A stretch of 64,000 nt of DNA, from contig CAWIIP010000004.1 of the NCBI GenBank assembly GCA_963836235.1, positions 480,001-544,000 of the forward strand, given 5' to 3'. This document shows, piece by piece, positions 27,680 through 37,709 of the stretch. The translations under genes were made by a program, and so were the position numbers. The notes below the pieces were generated by a model, which saw only the letters and a list, made by a program, of their open reading frames with translations, did no database searches and was not told where the DNA came from. How positions within the stretch are numbered: the first letter of the stretch is position 1; the number at the start of each line of letters is the position of its first letter. The DNA comes from an uncultured Pseudomonadota bacterium. GTDB taxonomy: Bacteria > Oederibacteriota > Muellerivitia > Muellerivitales > Muellerivitaceae.

Positions 27680-28987
27680 CTAAAATTTTTTGAGAAAAAT
27701 ATCTGTACGTTGATCATTGCTTAAAGGGGCTTCGCTTTTTTGGCGGATCAACTGGTAGCTTAATATGCTTATGGAAAAATACCAAAAGAGCGAATAAGTG
27801 ATTTCGACAACGGTATGCATGTCACTGTGAAAAACGAAAGAATTTAAAGTGGACATGAGATTGGTTTTTGCCATTACTTGATGAGGATTGATTTTCCAGA
27901 CGGGGGGAAAATAATTACGTAGATAACCGGTTAAAAAAACGCCGATCGAAAAAAGAATAATTGAAAGGTTTAAGTTTTTCCTTGTTAGAATCCACGCAAC
28001 GGGAAGAAGAACAATGACGTAATCCGACTCGCTATGATAAGTCAAAATGGTGGAAACCATCGAACTTAAAACGAAGACAGCAAAATCATCTTGTGGCTGT
28101 TCTTTTTTTTTATATAAAGCGAATAAATAAATCAGAAAAACAATTCCAACACAAAAATAGGGCATCCAATATAGTTTTGGATTGATTGAGAACCAAAAAT
28201 GAAAAAGATCAAATCGGCCTACTTGAATAATGCCGTTACCACACCACTTAAGGGTGGCCATAAACAGATAGAAGATCGATTTGTGCAAATACAAGGAAAA
28301 AACACAATGGACCAGAAAATGTATTCCAAGAGCAAGAATGACGTTTTTCCAAACTCGTTTATAAATAAGGAAATAAAGGCAAAGAGGTAAGGTTAAGCTA
28401 TATTTCAATAAAGCCAGAGACAAAGTTATCCCTGAAAAAAATATTTTGTTTTGTTCCTGGAATCTAAGAGATAAAAGAAAAAAACCAAAACTCCAAATAG
28501 CAGTTTGGCCAAAACAAATATTTACTCTCCATGGTTGGGAAAGAATCAACGCCGCTAAGAGAAATAAATAATGCTTTCCTGAACAAAATAAATTTGAGGT
28601 TTCTTTTGCTAATACGTGAGTCAACCATAAATTTATCAATAGCCAAAATGCCTTTGCCGCCGGCCAATTTAGCAAGGCGAAAGGAGCCAATAAGGCGTAA
28701 CAACTGGGGAAATAGTGGGGAGCCATATCAAAGGAGTCGACTCCATATTGGGCGCTGGCCATCGTTGAAACTTGCTTATAAATTGAATCATCATAAATAT
28801 CCGAACCGTTTAAAAGATTCTTGGCATTGATCCAACTTAAGCACAAATCAGTGGAACTGTCCCCAAAAAAGACAAAATAAACACAAATAGAGAAAACATA
28901 GGCGGTGGCTATCGCGATCAGCCATTTGAGGTAAAGGGAAATGCCTTGAAAGGGCCGATATGTCGATTGAAAAATGAAATCTTTCAC
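27680..28987 (-). CDS. GT87/DUF2029 membrane glycosyltransferase (third paralog)
   Basis: HYFPSCYALLAPFA, WRVNICFGQT, LALLKYS, YHSESDY. Confidence 0.82.
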   Translation of the reverse strand: MKDFIFQSTYRPFQGISLYLKWLIAIATAYVFSICVYFVFFGDSSTDLCLSWINAKNLLNGSDIYDDSIYKQVSTMASAQYGVDSFDMAPHYFPSCYALLAPFALLNWPAAKAFWLLINLWLTHVLAKETSNLFCSGKHYLFLLAALILSQPWRVNICFGQTAIWSFGFFLLSLRFQEQNKIFFSGITLSLALLKYSLTLPLCLYFLIYKRVWKNVILALGIHFLVHCVFSLYLHKSIFYLFMATLKWCGNGIIQVGRFDLFHFWFSINPKLYWMPYFCVGIVFLIYLFALYKKKEQPQDDFAVFVLSSMVSTILTYHSESDYVIVLLPVAWILTRKNLNLSIILFSIGVFLTGYLRNYFPPVWKINPHQVMAKTNLMSTLNSFVFHSDMHTVVEITYSLFWYFSISILSYQLIRQKSEAPLSNDQRTDIFLKKF

Positions 28988-29090
28988 GAAAGATTGATTC
29001 CCATTTTATTTCCTGTTTAGAAGTTTCGAGGCCTTCGATTAGATAGACTACAAATTATTTCTCTAATACGAAAGCGGATTTATGCAATTT

Positions 29091-30266
29091 TTAATTAGCG
29101 GTACGTTTCCGAAGCCAATTTGTGACAAGAGATGTTCGCTGCATAATGGGACGTTCGACGAGGCGAAATGTCATGAAACATACCGTGATCAGAATTGGAG
29201 AAATTACACTAATCACGGTCCAATGCATAGGCAAAGAAAATAATTTCGCCCTATTCACACCAATTATAAATTTAAAAGTGACGTAAAGAATGATCCCGTG
29301 AAGTAAATAAACGCTGTAAGTCATTTCGCCCAATGTTCGTGAAATAGGATGGATCAAGAGGCCAAACATAGTATTTCCGCAGGCGATAAGAACAAATGCC
29401 AATGACAAGAGGAGTAACGGAATTAGTCCCCATGCGGAAGGGAATTTCATCACCGCTGCAGAAATAAAACATAGGATGAGAAGAGACGAGTATTTCCTTT
29501 CGGAAAATTTTCGGATGACCTCAAGGCGAACGAGGTAAGCGGCGATGATTCCACCCCAAAAGGATAATAACGGGTATATGTCGGGGTGGAATATCATTAA
29601 AAATGTCAAAGTGGCTAGGCTGAGGAAGAGATAAGGTAACGGAGGAAAAACTCCGACTGCTAAAGCGAAAAAAGGAAGCGATAGATAAAAAAACCATTCG
29701 TAAGGCAATGTCCATGTAACCCCCGCATCAATGGTTGCAGTGTTTTCGATTCCATTCAAGTCCGGCGCACCATGAACTGAGAATGCAAGCCAATGCGTCA
29801 CCGCCCTAGCTAGGCTTATCGGGGGAACCTTTAAAGCACCGTTAGATAGGATGAAAACAATAATAAAAATAATGAGAACCGAAAACCAATAAATCGGAGC
29901 GAGCCGTAAAATCCTCGAGACGTAGAGTTTTTTCCAATCGATTCCGTTTTTTCTTCCGCTAATAAGTTTAGAAAAGAACAAAAATGCGGTGATCATGAAA
30001 AAAAACGCCACGGAACTTGATCCCATATGGTCATAAAGAAGGGATGGGGGACTGCCCTCCCAAATGCCGGTTCGTAAATAAAAATACCAAATTCTAGAGT
30101 GGCTGATAAAAACAAAAAAAGCGAGAAAGCCCCTTAAACCATCAATTGTTGCAAATCTTTCCTGAATCAGAGATTCTCCAAAAAAATTAGTTAATAAAAA
30201 AATGGTAACGAATGCGATGAATAAAGTGACGATGATTGGCAATATACTTGCAAGAAACGCACTCAA
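29091..30266 (-). CDS. Acyltransferase-3 family O-acyltransferase
   Basis: IDGLRG, FFMIT, SRILRL, WTLPYEW, LGEMTYSVYLLH, VERP. Confidence 0.9.
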   Translation of the reverse strand: MSAFLASILPIIVTLFIAFVTIFLLTNFFGESLIQERFATIDGLRGFLAFFVFISHSRIWYFYLRTGIWEGSPPSLLYDHMGSSSVAFFFMITAFLFFSKLISGRKNGIDWKKLYVSRILRLAPIYWFSVLIIFIIVFILSNGALKVPPISLARAVTHWLAFSVHGAPDLNGIENTATIDAGVTWTLPYEWFFYLSLPFFALAVGVFPPLPYLFLSLATLTFLMIFHPDIYPLLSFWGGIIAAYLVRLEVIRKFSERKYSSLLILCFISAAVMKFPSAWGLIPLLLLSLAFVLIACGNTMFGLLIHPISRTLGEMTYSVYLLHGIILYVTFKFIIGVNRAKLFSLPMHWTVISVISPILITVCFMTFRLVERPIMQRTSLVTNWLRKRTAN

Positions 30267-30616
30267 AGAGAAAACCTCGAAATGAATAGTTTGAATAAAT
30301 TAAAGTAAATCACGAGTAACCAATAAAAGGTACTGGCGATAGAACCAAAATCCTGATTTAATCCATAATTTTAACGGGTTTGGTTTTATGGCACACAGAC
30401 AATATCGCTTCTGTTTTAAAATAAGCTAATTTGGTCGCCGGGTTTTCGTAATTAGAGGCGTTTTGTAATCACCAATTTACCTGAATCCTAGACTTGTTGT
30501 TTACGTTGATTGTCTTTATTCTCTATTAGCTAATATAAACAAAAGCTTTTTTAGAAATATGGTTTTTTTTAAAAAATCTTTAAACTCGAAATATTACTGA
30601 GGTTTGAAAGGTTTTT

Positions 30617-31087
30617 GTGGAAACGAAAGATTCAAAGTCGGTCAACCTCGAAACCACCCCTGACGGATGGGCGGATATGGGCGTGGGGAATTGCCGTCTT
30701 TACCTGTTGCCGAAGGTTCAAAATCCAAAGGGCAACTTAGCCATTGTTGAATTTGAAAAGTTTTTGCCGTTGCCGGTCAAAAGAAGTTTTTGGGTTTTCA
30801 ATGTTCCGGCCACTGAAATTCGCGGTGCCCACGCCCATAAGGCCTGTCATTTATTCCTGACATGTTTGGTAGGGCAAGTAAGCGTTCTTTTGGATGACGG
30901 GGTCAACCGGACGAACGTGAAACTCGATAATCCTTTCTGCGGATTGCACCTTCAGGCTGGGGTCTGGGGAAGCCAGTTCGACTTTTCCAAAGACGCCATG
31001 CTCCTCGTTTTCGCGTCCCACCTGTACGACGATTCCGACTTCATTCTTAATTACGATGAATATTTAAAATACTCGAAAAAGCCTTGA
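30617..31087 (+). CDS. fdtA: dTDP-4-keto-6-deoxyglucose 3,4-ketoisomerase (FdtA/QdtA cupin)
   Basis: [29 protein letters not shown]. Confidence 0.85.
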   Translation: METKDSKSVNLETTPDGWADMGVGNCRLYLLPKVQNPKGNLAIVEFEKFLPLPVKRSFWVFNVPATEIRGAHAHKACHLFLTCLVGQVSVLLDDGVNRTNVKLDNPFCGLHLQAGVWGSQFDFSKDAMLLVFASHLYDDSDFILNYDEYLKYSKKP

Positions 31088-32175
31088 CTCCTTTTTTGGA
31101 TCTCCACGCGTCCTATGCCGAGCTTCGCGAAGAAATGGACGAAGCTTATCATCGGGTCATGAAATCGGGCTGGTATATCCTTGGCCAAGAAGTAAGCGCC
31201 TTTGAAACTGAATTCGCCGCATATTGCGAGGTCAAGCACTGCGTTGGGGTCGGAAACGGACTGGAAGCCCTTCACTTGATTCTTCGGGCCTACCAAATTG
31301 GTCCGGGTGATGAAGTGATTGTTCCTTCCAATACCTGCATCGCGACTTGGATGGCGGTTTCCGCCAGCGGCGCGAAACCCGTGCCGGTTGAGCCGGATAT
31401 TCAAACTTATAATATTGATCCTTCCCGGATTGAAGCGGCCATCACCCCCAAAACCAAAGCCATTATTCCCGTTCATCTTTATGGCCAACCGGCGGACATG
31501 GATCCTATTTTGGATTTGGCGAAAAAACATGGCCTGAAAGTGATCGAGGATTCCGCCCAGGCCCATGGGGCCCAATATAAAGGGCGCAAGACAGGGTCCC
31601 TCGGGGACGCGGCCGGGTTCAGTTTCTATCCCACCAAAAACCTGGGGGCGCAAGGGGACGGGGGAGCGGTAACGACCTATGATGACGCTTTGGCCAATAG
31701 CATCAAACGACTTCGCAATTATGGTTCGGTCAAAAAAGATGATAACGAGGTTCAAGGTTTCAACTCCCGGCTGGATGAACTTCAAGCGGCCTTTTTGCGG
31801 GTGAAGTTGAAGAGGCTGGATGAATGGAATCGACAAAGAGCCAACTTAGCCGCTTTGTACCTCGAAGGTTTGGAAAAGGTTTCGGATTTGGTCTTGCCGC
31901 AGGTGCCGAAATGGGCTGAACCTGTTTGGCATCTTTTTGTAGTTCGGAGCGAACATCGTGAATCTTTGCGAAAAAGCTTGGAAGCGGAGGGGATCGGCAG
32001 CTTGATCCATTACCCGGTTCCGCCCCACCTTACCCCGGCTTACGCGGAGAGGGGATGGCGGGAAAATAGTTTTCCGATCGCGGCGAAGCTCGCCAAGACG
32101 GTTGTGAGCCTTCCCATGGGGCCCCAGCTTTCTGAGCAACAGGTGACGAGCGTGGTTGATTTCCTAAGGAAATAA
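31084..32175 (+). CDS. fdtB: DegT/DnrJ PLP aminotransferase (FdtB-like)
   Basis: [33 protein letters not shown]; overlaps the fdtA stop. Confidence 0.88.
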   Translation: MTPFLDLHASYAELREEMDEAYHRVMKSGWYILGQEVSAFETEFAAYCEVKHCVGVGNGLEALHLILRAYQIGPGDEVIVPSNTCIATWMAVSASGAKPVPVEPDIQTYNIDPSRIEAAITPKTKAIIPVHLYGQPADMDPILDLAKKHGLKVIEDSAQAHGAQYKGRKTGSLGDAAGFSFYPTKNLGAQGDGGAVTTYDDALANSIKRLRNYGSVKKDDNEVQGFNSRLDELQAAFLRVKLKRLDEWNRQRANLAALYLEGLEKVSDLVLPQVPKWAEPVWHLFVVRSEHRESLRKSLEAEGIGSLIHYPVPPHLTPAYAERGWRENSFPIAAKLAKTVVSLPMGPQLSEQQVTSVVDFLRK

Positions 32176-32240
32176 GAAACCTAAATAGTGATAATTTTGA
32201 ATATCGTTTTATGGCTTTAATACCAATATGAAGTGGAAAA

Positions 32241-32259
32241 ATACGATGAGCCATCGTAT
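32241..32259. promoter_or_regulatory. Candidate operator of TA module 1
   Basis: ATACGATG-AGC-CATCGTAT overlapping a TATAAT just upstream of the antitoxin. Confidence 0.6.
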
Positions 32260-32268
32260 AATTAGATT

Positions 32269-32484
32269 ATGAAAGTCACCGCGCTCATACCCGATAAACT
32301 TGTCCAAGAAGTTCAAGGATTCGCCAAAGGCAAAAACCTTACGGAATCGCTTGTCAAGGCCTTATCGGAATGGAACCAACAACAAAAAATCAGGGAATTG
32401 AATCAATCGGTTCTTTTCCGCCCCTTGAGTTTCTCAAAAGATTTTTCAGCCACCCGCGTTCGAGCCATTAACCGCAAATCATGA
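32269..32484 (+). CDS. VapB-like antitoxin (RHH type)
   Basis: 71 aa, MKVTALIPDKLV; ATGA overlap with the PIN gene. Confidence 0.75.
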   Translation: MKVTALIPDKLVQEVQGFAKGKNLTESLVKALSEWNQQQKIRELNQSVLFRPLSFSKDFSATRVRAINRKS

Positions 32485-32855
32485 TCCTGGTGGATACTTC
32501 CGTTTGGGTGGAGTTCCTCAAGGGTCATCAGCCTTATCCTGATAAAATGAAAAAAATGTTGGAGGACCGCCAGGTTCTGGCGGTTGAACCCGTATTTGGC
32601 GAATTGCTTCAGGGTGCCCGGGATGACCGTGAGCGGCGTGTCCTTTTAGATTTTTGGGAAAACCTGCCTAAAAACCGCATCCTGGAAGATTGGGTAAAGG
32701 CGGGGGAGTTATCCTCCAAAAATAAATGGCTGAATCATGGAATTGGTTTGATTGACGCAATCTTGATTTTTTATGCCCGGGAAACAGGATCAAAGGTTTG
32801 GACCTTAGATAAAAAACTGAAGATGGTTTTGCATAAAAACGAGAATTTTGAATAG
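32481..32855 (+). CDS. vapC: VapC PIN-domain toxin
   Basis: ILVDTSVWVE, GELLQG, IDAILI, WTLD. Confidence 0.9.
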   Translation: MILVDTSVWVEFLKGHQPYPDKMKKMLEDRQVLAVEPVFGELLQGARDDRERRVLLDFWENLPKNRILEDWVKAGELSSKNKWLNHGIGLIDAILIFYARETGSKVWTLDKKLKMVLHKNENFE

Positions 32856-32953
32856 TTACCCGAACGGCGGCCTTCGACGCCCCTTTTGAAGATTCGTTCT
32901 TGACGATAAATACCAGAACGGTATCATAATGGTATCACTTTTAGGAGGCCCGC

Positions 32954-33172
32954 ATGTCCAGTTTGCTGATTAAAAATATTCCCGAGGATCTTCGGAAAAA
33001 ATTAAAAGAACAGGCCGAGCTCAACCACCGTTCCATGAACAAACAAGTGGTTTCCATCCTGGAGCAGGCCTTGGCAAGGCCGGGTATCGGCCAGCTTCCC
33101 CCGCCGGTTAAATTGAAGTTTCGGATAACGAATGAATGGCTGGATAAAGCGAAACGTTGGGGACGCCAATGA
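32954..33172 (+). CDS. Arc/FitA-like RHH antitoxin
   Basis: LLIKNIPEDL..LKEQAELNHRSMN; AGGAGG RBS; TTGACG and GGTATCA direct repeats upstream. Confidence 0.82.
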   Translation: MSSLLIKNIPEDLRKKLKEQAELNHRSMNKQVVSILEQALARPGIGQLPPPVKLKFRITNEWLDKAKRWGRQ

Positions 33173-33576
33173 TCGTGGTCGATGCCAATATCCTGGTATA
33201 CCGGATTGTGGATGGGGATAGGACGGCGGAAGCGTTACGTTTGCAGGAAAAAGACCCAGACTGGCGTACTTCGCCGCTTTGGGAATATGAATTTGGAAAC
33301 GCGTTGGTTTTGATGATCCACCAGAAGCATTTGACGGGAAAGATGGCGGCTCAATTGTTCCAAGCGGCTAAAGGCTTTTTTACGCCTTGCGAAATTCAGG
33401 CCGACACTCTTTTGGCGCTGCAACTGACGGACGAGAAAAAAATAAGTTTTTATGACGCTCAATATCTCGCCTTAGCTCGAACTCTGGATGTCCCTTTGGT
33501 GACCGAAGATAAAGCATTGCGGAGAGCGGCTGGTAGCTTAGCGGTAAACCTCCGTGATTATTTAACAGGGTGCTGA
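33169..33576 (+). CDS. vapC: VapC PIN-domain toxin
   Basis: IVVDANI, EFGNAL, YDAQYLALA, LVTED; ATG at 33169 overlaps the antitoxin stop. Confidence 0.9.
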   Translation: MIVVDANILVYRIVDGDRTAEALRLQEKDPDWRTSPLWEYEFGNALVLMIHQKHLTGKMAAQLFQAAKGFFTPCEIQADTLLALQLTDEKKISFYDAQYLALARTLDVPLVTEDKALRRAAGSLAVNLRDYLTGC

Positions 33577-33690
33577 AAAAGTATTTTCGGCATCCTGTTA
33601 AATTGAAGACATGTTATCTTTTATTAACCCGAATATTGCCCATGGGGTGGGCCAAGTTGGACAGGCATTGAAATGGCCGGTGATATTGTG

Positions 33691-33710
33691 TAATCTTACC
33701 AGTAAGATTA
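33691..33710. promoter_or_regulatory. Candidate operator of TA module 3
   Basis: Perfect TAATCTTAC-CA-GTAAGATTA just upstream of a GGAGG RBS. Confidence 0.65.
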
Positions 33711-33723
33711 TCGGAGGTGACTT

Positions 33724-33987
33724 ATGACTGTAGCTACGACAAAGCTTTCCTCAAAGGGACAGGTGGTTATTCCCGAATCCATCCGAAAGAGCTTGCATCT
33801 TAAAGAAGGGGACCAATTCGTCGTCGTCGGCCAGGGCGATTCCGTCATCTTTAAGACCATTTCGCCCCCATCTTTGGACCAATTGGACGGACTTTTGGCG
33901 AAGGTGAGGACCCAAGCCCGTAAAGCCGGGCTCCGCCGGTCCGACGCAAAGGCCGCCATTGCCTGGGCCCGGTCCCGGGGGAAATGA
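33724..33987 (+). CDS. AbrB/MazE/SpoVT-family antitoxin
   Basis: LSSKGQVVIPESIRKSL. Confidence 0.88.
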   Translation: MTVATTKLSSKGQVVIPESIRKSLHLKEGDQFVVVGQGDSVIFKTISPPSLDQLDGLLAKVRTQARKAGLRRSDAKAAIAWARSRGK

Positions 33988-34382
33988 TTCGAGTCGTAGT
34001 CGATACAAACATTGTCGTTTCCGGAACTTTTTGGAAAGGGCCTCCTGCCCTTGTTTTGGAGGCTTGGAGGAAGGGGGTTTTCCGTTGGCTGGTTTCCCCG
34101 GAAATTTTACAAGAATACCATCGGGCTTTAGGTAAATTGGCCAACGATTTTCCCACCGTTCCGATTGACCCCATTATGGAAATCATCAAGCTGAATTGCG
34201 ACTTGGTGGCCGCTAAACCAATCCGGAACATTTGCAAAGACCCGGATGATGATAAGTTTATTGCCGCCGCCTTAACGGGAAGGGCTGATTTCATTGTCTC
34301 CGGCGATAAGGTACTTTTAGAGGTTGGAACTTACCAAAATATCCAAATAATGAATTCGCCCAATTTCCTGAAAATCCTATAG
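33984..34382 (+). CDS. PIN-domain toxin
   Basis: RVVVDTNIVVS, CKDPDDDKF, IVSGD. Confidence 0.88.
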   Translation: MIRVVVDTNIVVSGTFWKGPPALVLEAWRKGVFRWLVSPEILQEYHRALGKLANDFPTVPIDPIMEIIKLNCDLVAAKPIRNICKDPDDDKFIAAALTGRADFIVSGDKVLLEVGTYQNIQIMNSPNFLKIL

Positions 34383-34523
34383 TTAGGCTGTCCATGATAA
34401 AATTCGTCGTTTTGGTTTTGAGTCTTATAAAACTTTCTTTTTTAACTTGGTACTGCGGGATTCCCTTAAGCATTCGCGCCTTCGCGGTAAAAGCCTGAGT
34501 CTTTATGAAAAAGGATTAAAACG

Positions 34524-35588
34524 ATGAAAATTTTGATCACCGGCGGGGCGGGGTTCGTGGGATCGAACCTGGCCAAAGAATTCAAGGGGTCCTTTCCGCG
34601 GGCCCAAGTCGTGGCTTTCGACAATCTCCACCGCCGGGGTTCGGAAATCAATCTCGTGGAGTTCAAGCGCCTGGGGATTTCCTTTGTCCATGGGGATATC
34701 CGGGTACCTTCGGATTTAGAAGACTTGGAAGGTTCTTACGACCTATTTATTGAGGCTTCCGCCGAACCCAGCGTTCACGCCGGAGTGGGGGCTTCTCCGC
34801 GTTATGTCATCGAAACCAACCTGGTGGGCACCCTGAATTGCCTGGAGTTCGCCCGGAAAAAAGCGGCCCAAACCATTTTTCTTTCGACTTCCCGGGTCTA
34901 TTCGATCCCCGCATTGCGGGCCATCCCCTTGAGAGAGACCAAAGACCGCTTTGAGATGAAGCCCGCCAAATCCGCCAAAGGATACGGCGCGCGAGGCATT
35001 GCCGAGAATTTTCCCACTGAAGGGTTCCGTTCCATCTATGGGAGCACGAAACTGGCTTCCGAATTGATCCTTCAGGAGTATGTCGAAACCTACCGCATGA
35101 AGGCCATCATCAACCGATGCGGCGTCATCGCCGGTCCGGGACAATTCGGGAAAGTTGACCAAGGCGTTTTCGCTCTTTGGGTTGCCAACCACTATTTTGG
35201 AAAACCCCTGAGTTACACCGGTTTCAGGGGCCGTGGGAAACAAGTTCGGGACCTGCTTCATCCGCGGGACCTTTACCGGCTCATCCGGAAACAAATGGAG
35301 AAAATGGACCCGCATTCGGGCCAGGTGTTCAATGTGGGCGGAGGCCGTCCAGTGTCCGTTTCCCTCAAGGAGATGACGGCGCTTTGCCGGAAAGTCACGG
35401 GACGTCAAATGGAAGTGAAGTCGGATTCCCGGACGGCGGGCGTGGACATTCCGCTTTACCTGTCGGACTTTTCCAAGGCACGGAAAGCCTTTGGATGGTC
35501 CCCAGAAAAAACGGTTGAAAATATCATAAGTGACATTTATAACTGGATTCACTCTCAAGAATCCCAATTAAAACCCCTGTTTTCTTGA
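34524..35588 (+). CDS. Extended SDR epimerase (CDP-paratose 2-epimerase/RfbE-like)
   Basis: GGAGFVG, YGSTK, NRCGVIAG, GKQVRDLLH. Confidence 0.8.
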   Translation: MKILITGGAGFVGSNLAKEFKGSFPRAQVVAFDNLHRRGSEINLVEFKRLGISFVHGDIRVPSDLEDLEGSYDLFIEASAEPSVHAGVGASPRYVIETNLVGTLNCLEFARKKAAQTIFLSTSRVYSIPALRAIPLRETKDRFEMKPAKSAKGYGARGIAENFPTEGFRSIYGSTKLASELILQEYVETYRMKAIINRCGVIAGPGQFGKVDQGVFALWVANHYFGKPLSYTGFRGRGKQVRDLLHPRDLYRLIRKQMEKMDPHSGQVFNVGGGRPVSVSLKEMTALCRKVTGRQMEVKSDSRTAGVDIPLYLSDFSKARKAFGWSPEKTVENIISDIYNWIHSQESQLKPLFS

Positions 35589-35618
35589 CCGTTTTTTCCA
35601 TCCCATCCAGGTGAAAAT

Positions 35619-36689
35619 ATGTCCATCGCCATCGTGACGGGTTCCTCGGGCCTGATCGGAAGCCAAACCTCCCAATTCCTCTCTAGTCAGGGCCTGGATG
35701 TGGTCGGGGTTGATAACAACCTAAGGGAATATTTTTTTGGGAAAGACGGCTCCACCCTTTGGAACCTGGAAAACATGAAGAAAAGCATTCCCAGGTTTAC
35801 CCACAACGCCTTGGATGTCCGCGACCAGGATAAGATCTTCGGGCTATTCAAAAAATACGGAAACGATATCCAACTGGTGGTGCACGCGGCGGCCCAGCCC
35901 AGCCATGATTGGGCGGCGCAAGAGCCCTTGACCGATTTCACCGTGAACGCCAATGGAACCTTGATACTTTTGGAGGCGGCGCGCCAATTTTGCCCCAAGG
36001 CCGTTTTTATCTTCACTTCCACCAACAAGGTTTATGGCGACACCCCGAACCTGCTCCCCTTGGTGGAAACCCCCACTCGGTGGGAAATCGAAGCCTTCCA
36101 TCCTTATTACGCCAAAGGCATCGATGAACAAATGTCGATTGACCAGTCCAAGCACAGCCTTTTCGGGGTCAGCAAGACGGCCGCCGACCTGATGGTCCAG
36201 GAATATGGCAAATACTTTGGGATGAGGACCGGAGTGTTCCGCGGAGGATGCTTGACGGGGCCGGCCCATTCGGGCGCGAAGCTTCACGGTTTTTTGGCTT
36301 ACCTGGTGAAATGCGTGGTGGGCCGGATTCCCTACACGGTTTTCGGTTACAAGGGCAAGCAGGTTCGGGACAATATTCATTCCTACGACTTGGTCCAGGC
36401 CTTTTGGCGTTTTTTCCAAAACCCAAGGTCCGGCGAGGTTTACAACATGGGCGGTTCCCGGGTGAGCAATTGTTCCATGCTGGAAGCCATCACCCTGGCC
36501 GAGGAATTATCGGGTGAAAAGCTGAAGTATACCGTTTCGGGGGAGGCGCGTTCGGGCGACCATATTTGGTGGATCAGCGACGTTTCCAAATTTCAAAGCC
36601 ACTTTCCCGGCTGGTCCTACCGCTATGACCTGAAAAAAATCATGGAGGAAATCGTGGAAGCCAGCCGCGAACGGATTGGAACCCCATGA
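35619..36689 (+). CDS. Extended SDR epimerase (RfbE-like, second)
   Basis: [36 protein letters not shown]. Confidence 0.8.
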   Translation: MSIAIVTGSSGLIGSQTSQFLSSQGLDVVGVDNNLREYFFGKDGSTLWNLENMKKSIPRFTHNALDVRDQDKIFGLFKKYGNDIQLVVHAAAQPSHDWAAQEPLTDFTVNANGTLILLEAARQFCPKAVFIFTSTNKVYGDTPNLLPLVETPTRWEIEAFHPYYAKGIDEQMSIDQSKHSLFGVSKTAADLMVQEYGKYFGMRTGVFRGGCLTGPAHSGAKLHGFLAYLVKCVVGRIPYTVFGYKGKQVRDNIHSYDLVQAFWRFFQNPRSGEVYNMGGSRVSNCSMLEAITLAEELSGEKLKYTVSGEARSGDHIWWISDVSKFQSHFPGWSYRYDLKKIMEEIVEASRERIGTP

Positions 36690-37441
36690 AGCTTTCGGTG
36701 GTCATTCCCGCCCATAATGAGGAAGGGGAGATTGAAGGGACGGTCCAAAATCTTTACATCCACCTGAAACACCACCGGATTCCCCATGAAATCCTCGTGG
36801 TCAACGACAATTCCAAAGATGGAACCGAGAATATTTTAAAGTCCCTGCGGCGGGATATCCCCACTTTGCGCTATGTCAATAACCGTCCGCCCAACGGATT
36901 CGGCTTGGCCGTCCGCAAGGGCCTCGCGGAGTCCCGGGGGGACGCCATAGCGGTTTACATGGCCGATGCCTCGGACAGCCCGGAAGATTTGGTGGTCTTT
37001 TACCGGGTGTTGAAGAGGAAAGGGGTGGATTGCGTCTTCGGCACCCGTTTCAGCCGAGGGTCAAAGCTGGTGGATTATCCCTTTCACAAGCTTTTATTGA
37101 ACCGAGGGGCCAATTTATTGATCCGTCTTCTTTTTGCCATTCCCTATAACGACACCACCAACGCCTTCAAGCTCTACCGGCGCCATGTCATCGCTGGCGT
37201 CCAACCCTTGATTTCCCATCATTTCAACTTGACGGTGGAAATTCCCCTGAAAGCCATCGTCCGGGGTTACCGATACGTGGTGGTCCCCAACAGCTGGACC
37301 AACCGCAAATCGGGCATTTCCAAACTCAAGATCAAGGAAATGGGTTCCCGCTATCTATTTATCGTTCTTTATTGCCTCATCGAGAAGTGGCTCTCCCGGG
37401 GGGATTACCACCGGCAAAGAGTCGAGGCAAAGAAGGGTTAA
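36686..37441 (+). CDS. DPM1/GtrB-like GT2 (polyprenyl-phosphate glycosyltransferase)
   Basis: [29 protein letters not shown]. Confidence 0.82.
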   Translation: MKLSVVIPAHNEEGEIEGTVQNLYIHLKHHRIPHEILVVNDNSKDGTENILKSLRRDIPTLRYVNNRPPNGFGLAVRKGLAESRGDAIAVYMADASDSPEDLVVFYRVLKRKGVDCVFGTRFSRGSKLVDYPFHKLLLNRGANLLIRLLFAIPYNDTTNAFKLYRRHVIAGVQPLISHHFNLTVEIPLKAIVRGYRYVVVPNSWTNRKSGISKLKIKEMGSRYLFIVLYCLIEKWLSRGDYHRQRVEAKKG

Positions 37442-37709
37442 TCTTCGAATATTTTTCGGGCGCCAGATTTTATGATTATTTAGAGCGCTTTTTCATTATT
37501 CCGCTCACCTTCACATCAAAAAGTTACAAAAAAAAGCTCAAATTGAGGGTAGAATTGCGCCTTGTTTGAATTAAGAAAAAGAGTTTCATCCATGAAAATG
37601 CTTATCACCGGGGGGCGGGCTTCACCCCTCTCTTCCATAAACCTTCAAGGTATGTGGGATCGAAGCCCACTTTTTTTGACGACGGTCAAATAATGATTGC
37701 GAGGATACT

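Noticed and set aside
10544-30266. Integron cassette array or shufflon explaining the gene mosaic
   Set aside because: Mixed orientations, no recurring attC or inversion sites seen, no integrase or invertase in the window
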